Positions 57,741-64,000 of a stretch of DNA of 64,000 nt are shown piece by piece. How positions within the stretch are numbered: the first letter of the stretch is position 1; each line of letters opens with the position of its first letter. The stretch is from Candidatus Komeilibacteria bacterium RIFOXYD1_FULL_37_29. Its GTDB lineage: Bacteria > Patescibacteriota > Patescibacteriia > UBA1558 > GWA2-36-10. The translations under genes were made by a program, and so were the position numbers. Location: positions 161,235 through 225,234 of the forward strand of contig MHKS01000004.1 in the NCBI GenBank assembly GCA_001818495.1, written 5' to 3'. The notes under the pieces are model-generated. The model made no database searches and was not told the origin of the DNA. It was given only the letters and a program-made list of their open reading frames with translations.

Positions 57741-57928
57741 AGCAATCTCCTTGGTTGATTATTTTAGAACAGTTTATATTTATAGTACATACTATTTACT
57801 ATTTTTTGTCAATCAAGCTTCCCCTGCCTACCGCAGGCAGGCGCGATGGGGGGTAATTTGTATAAAAGGAAAAACGGAGGCCATTACTGGTCGCCGTTTT
57901 TAGGAAGGGGGAGTTAGGGGTATATTAG

Positions 57929-58297
57929 CTATCGATTGATAGTCAGATTGTGTTCAGATAGCACGGAACTATCAGATAGTAGTAGCCTCTTGATGTGATA
58001 GCGGCTACCAGATAATATTATCCGATGGCGGACAGTGTAGACTTTTTTAGTCTCAAGATTTGTTACTTCTAGCTGACAGCTTTGTGGTGAGGGATTGATG
58101 ATATAAGGATCTCGGATTTCGAAATCCCATTGGCATTCCGGTCCGCTATAGGGGATGTCGTAGGAGTAGTTATCTTGAATAATAAAGGCGATACTGTCAT
58201 CGCCAATCCCAGGAATATCCTGAGGTTGAGGCGAGTAAGCGGCTACCAGAGCAATCAGAACAATCATCAAAATTGAGGCGAAAATCCATTTCCGCAT
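57929..58297 (-). CDS. Secreted orphan protein
   Basis: AAGGAG RBS before ATG 58297; signal peptide MRKWIFASILMIVLIALVAA; promoter TTGACA-17-TATACT (58367-58339). Confidence 0.7.
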   Translation of the reverse strand: MRKWIFASILMIVLIALVAAYSPQPQDIPGIGDDSIAFIIQDNYSYDIPYSGPECQWDFEIRDPYIINPSPQSCQLEVTNLETKKVYTVRHRIILSGSRYHIKRLLLSDSSVLSEHNLTINR

Positions 58298-58446
58298 AAT
58301 ATAACTCCTTGTTTTTTGGATTGAACGAATATTTTTAAAGTATAACATATTTTAGCATTTTTGTCAATATTAATATGATAGATGCCATAAGTTGACATAT
58401 TATGATATTTTTGTTAATATTTACCTCGTTAAATAATGACAAGATT

Positions 58447-58761
58447 ATGAAAGCAGTTATTAGAACAGGCGGGAAACAATATCAAGTAGCCAAAGGCGAT
58501 ACTATTAAAATTGAAAAATTGGCCGACCTAAAAGATGGTCAAAAAGTAGTTTTTAATGAAGTTTTGCTTTTGATTGATAGGGATAAGGTTACTGTTGGCG
58601 CTCCGCTAGTAGCCAAAGCCAAAGTAGAAGGCACTTTTGTGCGGACTTTTAAGGATAAAAAAGTTGATGTTTTTAAGTATAAAAACAAAATTCGCTACCG
58701 CAGAAATTACGGACACCGTCAGCAATTTACTGAAGTAAAGATTGATAGTGTTACTGCTTAA
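58447..58761 (+). CDS. rplU: 50S ribosomal protein L21
   Basis: AVIRTGGKQY, GHRQQFT; ATG at 58447. Confidence 0.96.
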   Translation: MKAVIRTGGKQYQVAKGDTIKIEKLADLKDGQKVVFNEVLLLIDRDKVTVGAPLVAKAKVEGTFVRTFKDKKVDVFKYKNKIRYRRNYGHRQQFTEVKIDSVTA

Positions 58762-58819
58762 AATTATTTCAATATAAAAACCCCTTCCGAAGTTTTATAG
58801 TAGGAGGGGATTTTTTTAA

Positions 58820-59416
58820 TTAAACTTTTTTTCTATTTTTTAGAGCCGAGCCCAGGGTAATCTCATCGGTATATTCTATATTGGCTCCCATCGGGATACC
58901 TCTGGCCAGCTGAGTGACAGTGACTGGATAATCTTGCAAAAATTTAGAAAGATAAATAGCCGTAGCTTCACCTTCCAGGCTTTGATCTAGTGCTAAGATG
59001 ATTTCTTTTACTCCGTTATTTTTTATTCTTTCAGCCAGCTCGTGTATTTTCAATTTATCGGGCGTAATTCCTTCTAAGGGACTCAAGAGGCCGTTGAGTA
59101 AATGATAGACTCCGTGAAACTCAGAAGTTTTTTCTATAGCTTCGACATCCTGGTTATTGGCTACTACGCAAATAATATTTTTGTCTCTTTGGGGATTGGC
59201 ACAAATACTACAGAGTTCGTTTTCTGCCAGATTGTAGCAGAGGGGACATAGATGAATATTTTTGTAGGCATCCGATAAGGCCATAGATAGTTCTTTGATA
59301 TCTTCTTTTCGGTGCATCAAATTAAAAACCAACCTGGCGGAAGTTTTTGGTCCAATGCCAGGTAGTTTATCAAACTCGTTGATTAGTCTTTGTATGAAAT
59401 CCGGTAAATGCTTCAT
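58820..59416 (-). CDS. recR: Recombination mediator RecR
   Basis: LPGIGPKT, C4 zinc finger, EGEATA, LARGIP. Confidence 0.96.
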   Translation of the reverse strand: MKHLPDFIQRLINEFDKLPGIGPKTSARLVFNLMHRKEDIKELSMALSDAYKNIHLCPLCYNLAENELCSICANPQRDKNIICVVANNQDVEAIEKTSEFHGVYHLLNGLLSPLEGITPDKLKIHELAERIKNNGVKEIILALDQSLEGEATAIYLSKFLQDYPVTVTQLARGIPMGANIEYTDEITLGSALKNRKKV

Positions 59417-59417
59417 G

Positions 59418-59708
59418 CTATTTCAATAGATTGTCTAGGCCACCCATTTCTTGCATTTTCATAGCCATCTTGCGTTGCACTTTTTTGATAGCTTCGGCCA
59501 CAGCGCTTTGAATTTCTTTTTCCAGGTCGTTTTTTTTATCCTTACTTAAAAAATCTTCGCTGATACTGATAGTCTTGATTTCTTGATTACCATCCATCAC
59601 TATTTTGACAGCGCGGTTACTGACCTCAATGGTTTCAGAAGCCATGGCATTTTTGATGACGTTGGCTTGTTTTCTAAGATCGTTGTATTGTTTTAATTTG
59701 TTGAACAT
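59418..59708 (-). CDS. YbaB/EbfC nucleoid-associated protein
   Basis: VKIVMDGNQEI; directly upstream of recR. Confidence 0.88.
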   Translation of the reverse strand: MFNKLKQYNDLRKQANVIKNAMASETIEVSNRAVKIVMDGNQEIKTISISEDFLSKDKKNDLEKEIQSAVAEAIKKVQRKMAMKMQEMGGLDNLLK

Positions 59709-59729
59709 ATTTTGTTTTGTTTAATTATT

Positions 59730-61169
59730 TTAAGGTATGTTTTGCCAGCCGATTTGAGCATGTGTTTTGCGACCAGGAATAGGAATATCATCGGTATTTT
59801 CTTCTAGCGGAGGAGTCATATGTTGATATTCTTTATCCAAATTTTTGAAAGATACTTTGTTTTCATCAAAGAATAATCGACATAAGCCAGTTGGTCCGTT
59901 TCTATGTTTGTCGATATGGATTTCGGCAATATTTTTTTCCTCTTCTGGACAATCACCGCGTGACTTGTCTTTGATGCGGCGATAGATAAACATGACGATA
60001 TCGGCATCTTGCTCGATAGAGCCTGATTCTCTGAGGTCGGCTAGTTTGGGGATAGCTGGGGAGCGTGATTCAACAGCTCGAGATAATTGAGATAGTGCTA
60101 GAACTGGTATATCTAACTCACGGGCGATTTGTTTAAGAGACCTAGATATTTTGGATATTTCCTGGACGCGGTTTTCAGAGTTGGCGTCTCCTTCCATCAA
60201 TTGCAAGTAATCTACCACTAAAAAGCCCAGGTTGTGTTCCATCTTCAGACGGCGAGCTTTGGTACGGATTTCCATGACATTGGAATTGGCACTATCGTCG
60301 ATAAATATCGGAGCTTCAGACAAGACTCCCATAGCCCGACCAATTCGAGGGAAATCGTCATCTTCTTCTTTATCGGATAAGCGACCAGTCCTCATTTTCC
60401 AAAGATCTACTTCAGCTTCGGCCGATAGGAGTCTATCAACTAGTTGTTCTTTACTCATTTCCAAAGAAAATATGCCGACCGGGACCCGAGCTTTCACAGC
60501 AACATTTCTAGCAATATCTAAAGCCAGAGTCGTTTTACCTAAAGATGGGCGAGCGGCCAAAATAATCAAATCGGAATTTTGAAAACCAGACAGCTTGTTG
60601 TCTAGATCACTAAAGCCACTAGGAATTCCTCTGGTGCCTTTGCCACCAGATTTGTGTAGTTCATCTATACGGTTAAAAGCTTCGGTCAAAACACTTTTGA
60701 TGGGTATGAAATTTTTTTTGAGAGATTCTTGAGAAATAGAGAAAAGTTTTTGTTCAGCTCGGTCCAAAAGACTACTGACATCCTGATCTTCGGAAAAGCT
60801 AAACTCTGATATTTCGCTGGCGGCTCTTTCTAGTTTGCGCAGAGTGGATTTTTTGCGAATAATCTCCGAATAAGTGACGACATGGGAAGAGTTTGGTACG
60901 CCGGCTGTTAGTTCGGCCAAATAGGCCTTACCACCTACACCATCTAGTTGTTTTTTCTCAGCCAATCTATTACCAACGGACAAAATATCAGCTGGTTCAT
61001 GCTTTTCAAACAAATCTAAAATAGCTTGATAGATCAAGCCATGAGATTCTTTGTAGAAATCTGCTGGACGCAAAGCATCACCGACTTTGATAATCGCTTC
61101 TTTATCAATCAGTAAAGCTCCTAAAAGCGAACTTTCAGCTTCTAAATTTTGCGGAGGGATTTTACTCAT
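59730..61169 (-). CDS. dnaB: Replicative DNA helicase
   Basis: PPQNLEAE, AARPSLGKT, VDYLQLM, LSQLSR, LRESGSIEQDAD; no intein. Confidence 0.97.
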   Translation of the reverse strand: MSKIPPQNLEAESSLLGALLIDKEAIIKVGDALRPADFYKESHGLIYQAILDLFEKHEPADILSVGNRLAEKKQLDGVGGKAYLAELTAGVPNSSHVVTYSEIIRKKSTLRKLERAASEISEFSFSEDQDVSSLLDRAEQKLFSISQESLKKNFIPIKSVLTEAFNRIDELHKSGGKGTRGIPSGFSDLDNKLSGFQNSDLIILAARPSLGKTTLALDIARNVAVKARVPVGIFSLEMSKEQLVDRLLSAEAEVDLWKMRTGRLSDKEEDDDFPRIGRAMGVLSEAPIFIDDSANSNVMEIRTKARRLKMEHNLGFLVVDYLQLMEGDANSENRVQEISKISRSLKQIARELDIPVLALSQLSRAVESRSPAIPKLADLRESGSIEQDADIVMFIYRRIKDKSRGDCPEEEKNIAEIHIDKHRNGPTGLCRLFFDENKVSFKNLDKEYQHMTPPLEENTDDIPIPGRKTHAQIGWQNIP

Positions 61170-61174
61170 TTTAT

Positions 61175-61873
61175 CTATATATTTCTAATTTTATCTATCA
61201 ATGTCTGGACTCTTATGCTAGTTTCTTTATAAGACATTACTTGTTCTTCTGTTTCTTCATTTCTATGTTTTATGGTTTCAAACATTTCATCATAAGATTG
61301 TTCTATTAAATCTATTTCATGTATGGGTATTATTGTAGAGTATAGTGAATCAAGATCTGTCTGAATACTTTCTTCAGCAGTAATAAACATTGATTGCATT
61401 TGTATAGTATTTGTGTGAAATTTTTTTCTTAGTTGTTTAGTACCATCTACTGATAATTTTATTTGGTTAGTAGGAGATAATCTATAAAGTTCAGAAAATT
61501 TTGATTCTAGTTCATCAATTGTCATATCAAATAGAAATTCTATCCTCATCAGTTCTCCCTTAGTTAATTCAAAGAATTTTTTTACTCTTTCTTTCATTTG
61601 AGCAATTTTTTCTTTTTTTTCTCTAGCTTCTGTTGATAATTCCATTTCAAATTTATTTTCCGGAGGGATAATTGATTCGTCGGGAGTTTTTAGACGGTCA
61701 TCAATATTATCAGTTATTTCTCCGTGTTCTTCGGAACCACCTTCATTTTTATCATGCTTTGATTGAGTATAGTTTTCATTTTTTTCTAAACTACAATCAG
61801 GGCCGTGATTTGGGAGCTCACGGTAACATTCTTGACAAATATTTTCAGGTATTAATTTACTTTCGTTAATCAT
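61175..61873 (-). CDS. Acidic helical hypothetical protein with N-terminal CxxC-x6-H-x3-C motif
   Basis: CQECYRELPNHGPDC; AT-rich; coiled-coil-like C-terminal half. Confidence 0.6.
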   Translation of the reverse strand: MINESKLIPENICQECYRELPNHGPDCSLEKNENYTQSKHDKNEGGSEEHGEITDNIDDRLKTPDESIIPPENKFEMELSTEAREKKEKIAQMKERVKKFFELTKGELMRIEFLFDMTIDELESKFSELYRLSPTNQIKLSVDGTKQLRKKFHTNTIQMQSMFITAEESIQTDLDSLYSTIIPIHEIDLIEQSYDEMFETIKHRNEETEEQVMSYKETSIRVQTLIDKIRNI

Positions 61874-62043
61874 TTCATTTCTTTTATTTCTTTTCTAATT
61901 TTTTCTAATTTTTTTTCATCAAATTCAATAGAAATCTTATTTAATGTATCTCCTTGCTGGGCAGTGTTGTTTTTAATGAATTTTATTAGATTATCAAAAG
62001 TTTTTATTATATTTTTTATTTCTTTTTTAGATGAATTTTCCAT
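61870..62043 (-). CDS. Small hypothetical protein (57 aa), not in ORF track
   Basis: MENSSKKEIKNIIKTFDNLIKFIKNNTAQQGDTLNKISIEFDEKKLEKIRKEIKEMK; ATGA overlap with the next ORF. Confidence 0.5.
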   Translation of the reverse strand: MENSSKKEIKNIIKTFDNLIKFIKNNTAQQGDTLNKISIEFDEKKLEKIRKEIKEMK

Positions 62044-62212
62044 ATAAATTTCATATTTTATAAAATTAGCTTAACCTATTTTACCTTATTTTTCAAGTTT
62101 TGTTATAGACAGTTTATACCCATACTTTGGCCAACTCAGTATAGTAAATAAAAAACAGCCAAAGTGGCTGATATTTAACTGGTCTGTGCCATCCGAAACT
62201 ATATAATAAGGA

Positions 62213-62289
62213 TGGTGCGCCCAGTAGGATTCGAACCTACGACCGTTTGCTTAAAAGGCAACTGCTCTGCCAGGCTGAGCTATAGGCGC
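62213..62289 (-). tRNA. tRNA-Lys (anticodon TTT)
   Basis: Reverse complement GCGCCTATAGCTCAG...ttgc-ctTTTaa-gcaa...GGTTCGAATCC...GGGCGCACCA. Confidence 0.95.
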
Positions 62290-62353
62290 TTAAGTATAAA
62301 ATAATATAAAATACGGAGCTTAGTATATATAATTTTGCCTTTATTGTCAATAT

Positions 62354-64000
62354 TTACATTATCTCCGGCGCCTCAATACCTAGTAGTTTCAAGCCTTCTT
62401 TTAAGGTTTTTTTGGTTATTTGAGAAATTTGTAAGCGACTTTGCTTTGTTTTTTCGTCTGGAGCATTTAAAACCTTATGTTTTTGGTAGAAATTGTTGTA
62501 TATTTTGGCCAATTCAAATAAATATTGGGTGATCAAAGAAGGATTATAAGTAATGGCGGCTTTTTGGACGGTTTCTGTAAAACTCAAGATAGAGCGGATT
62601 AATTTTTTTTCTTCATCATTAAAACTAACTTCTTTTAATTCGCTGAGGTTATTTAGCTTAGTGTTTTTTTTGAGCATATTGAAAATACGGGCATGCGTAT
62701 ATTGGATAAAGGTGCCGGTATAACCATCAAAGGAAATTGACTCTTCTGGTTTAAAGATTATATTTTTTTGCGGGTTGGTGGAGAGCATAAAGAATTTTAA
62801 AGCACCGAGGCCAACAATAGTGGCAATATTGGCTTTTTGTTCGTCAGAGCTGTCTATTTTTTTCTCAGCTTTGTTCATAACTGCTTGGGCTTGTCTTATC
62901 ATAGTAGCTATCAGCTCATCGGCATCGGCGGTTTTGCCTTCACGGGATTTTATTTTACCGCCGGGTAAAGAGACCATGCCGTAGGATAGATGATGTAAAT
63001 TTTTGGCCCATTTAAAACCAAGTTTGGCCAAAGTCAAAAATAGCACTTTAAAATGATATTCTTGTTCATTGGCTACCACATAGATGGCCTGATCAAACTT
63101 GAATTTTTTGTATCTTTTCTCGGCTGTGCCTAAGTCTTGAGTGATATAGACAGAGGTGCCGTCAGAGCGCAATATTATTTTCTGATCCAAACCATCGGCG
63201 GTCAGATCTATCCAGACTGAGCCGTCAGCTTTTTTAAAGAAAACTTTTTTCTTGAGGCCTTGGTCTACTAGATTTTTACCCAAAAGATAAGTGTCACTTT
63301 CAAAATCTAAGTGATCAAATTCTATACCTAGGGCTTTGTAGGTTTCATCATAACCGGCATAGACCCAGTCATTCATGGTTTTCCAAATATGGCAGACTTC
63401 GGGGTCGTCATTTTCCCAATCTTGAAGCATGGTGTGAGCTTTTTTCATCCACTTAGAATTAGCCAAAAATTCTTCGGCTACTTTTTTCCGACTCAGATTG
63501 TCTAATTTGTCCAAGCTGATCTTTTTTTCAGCCAGATATTTTTGTTCTTCTTCTTTGAGTAATTGGCCAAATTTTACATAATATTTTCCGACCAGATGGT
63601 CACCCTTTACGCCGGAGGATTTGGGTGTTTCACCATTGCCAAATTCCTGCCAGGCCAGCATGCTTTTGACTATATGAATGCCACGGTCATTGATAATATT
63701 GACAGCCGTAGTTTTGTAGCCAGCAGCTTTATAGATATTGACCAGTGCTTGGCCAATACAATTGTTTCGGACATGACCGACATGCTGAGGCTTGTTGGTG
63801 TTTGGTCCAGAAAATTCTATTAAGATTTTTTTATTTTGGCCGTAATTACTATGACCGATATTTTTATTTTTGCCTATTTGAATAATAGATTCTCTGATAA
63901 AATCATCGCTTATAAAAAGATTAAGGTAGGGTCCAATGTTTTTGACACTTTTTATAAGCGGTCCGGCTTGATACGCAGTAGCTAGTTCTTTGGCGAGCTC
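62354..64000 (-). CDS. argS: Arginine--tRNA ligase (5' end outside window)
   Basis: Frame open from 64000: GPYLN, EFSGPNTNKPQHVGHVRN, then KIKSREG, YTHARI. Confidence 0.96.
   Translation of the reverse strand, partial: ELAKELATAYQAGPLIKSVKNIGPYLNLFISDDFIRESIIQIGKNKNIGHSNYGQNKKILIEFSGPNTNKPQHVGHVRNNCIGQALVNIYKAAGYKTTAVNIINDRGIHIVKSMLAWQEFGNGETPKSSGVKGDHLVGKYYVKFGQLLKEEEQKYLAEKKISLDKLDNLSRKKVAEEFLANSKWMKKAHTMLQDWENDDPEVCHIWKTMNDWVYAGYDETYKALGIEFDHLDFESDTYLLGKNLVDQGLKKKVFFKKADGSVWIDLTADGLDQKIILRSDGTSVYITQDLGTAEKRYKKFKFDQAIYVVANEQEYHFKVLFLTLAKLGFKWAKNLHHLSYGMVSLPGGKIKSREGKTADADELIATMIRQAQAVMNKAEKKIDSSDEQKANIATIVGLGALKFFMLSTNPQKNIIFKPEESISFDGYTGTFIQYTHARIFNMLKKNTKLNNLSELKEVSFNDEEKKLIRSILSFTETVQKAAITYNPSLITQYLFELAKIYNNFYQKHKVLNAPDEKTKQSRLQISQITKKTLKEGLKLLGIEAPEIM

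Larger units (their letters stand above)
56887..57846 (+). repeat. REP-like palindromic element, two direct copies
   Basis: cctgcctaccgcaggtagacgcga (56887-56910) and cctgcctaccgcaggcaggcgcga (57823-57846), 22/24 identical. Confidence 0.75.

Noticed and set aside
56801-58400. Prophage or integrative element at tRNA-Glu
   Set aside because: No integrase, phage genes or duplicated tRNA 3' end seen.
62354-64000. argS as a 5'-truncated pseudogene (ORF track starts at 63661)
   Set aside because: The frame is open to the window edge and contains the HIGH-like motif HVGH.
1-64000. Alternative genetic code (TGA read as Gly)
   Set aside because: Conserved genes are full length under code 11, and TGA ends murF at the expected position.

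Overview
AT-rich bacterial chromosome segment read with genetic code 11. Gene content and the mostly Shine-Dalgarno-less, A-rich translation starts point to a Patescibacteria (CPR, Parcubacteria/ABY1-like) genome; this is inference, not a database result. The backbone is housekeeping: rplY, prmC-prfA, rpmE, rpsB-tsf-pyrH, gap, cysS, pgk-eno-gpmI-gpmI, uppP, mltG, L10 leader-rplJ-rplL, mraZ-rsmH-ftsL-ftsI-murF, tRNA-Glu, rplU, recR-ybaB-dnaB, tRNA-Lys and argS. Five accessory features stand out. (1) An acyl-CoA ligase, acyltransferase, HAD phosphatase and 7TM histidine kinase operon. The acyltransferase, the phosphatase and only the sensor part of the kinase form one low-GC block, like the variable cassettes of agr/comQXP quorum-sensing loci; two kinase-less 7TM paralogues lie nearby. 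(2) An AT-rich island with a VanX-like dipeptidase, Ddl, a divergent ATP-grasp ligase, a DegT aminotransferase, a CYTH-like protein and a methyltransferase. (3) A separate class of orphan genes with strong AGGAG/GGAGG ribosome-binding sites, mostly with their own sigma70 promoters and boxA-like motifs. Some encode diderm-type products: an M23/PKD protein with a T9SS/FlgD-type tail, and a beta-barrel-like protein. (4) A candidate unknown attenuator or riboswitch RNA downstream of tRNA-Glu. (5) Single genes flanked by 17-19 bp direct repeats, and REP-like palindromes. No CRISPR array, transposase, integrase or rRNA was seen.
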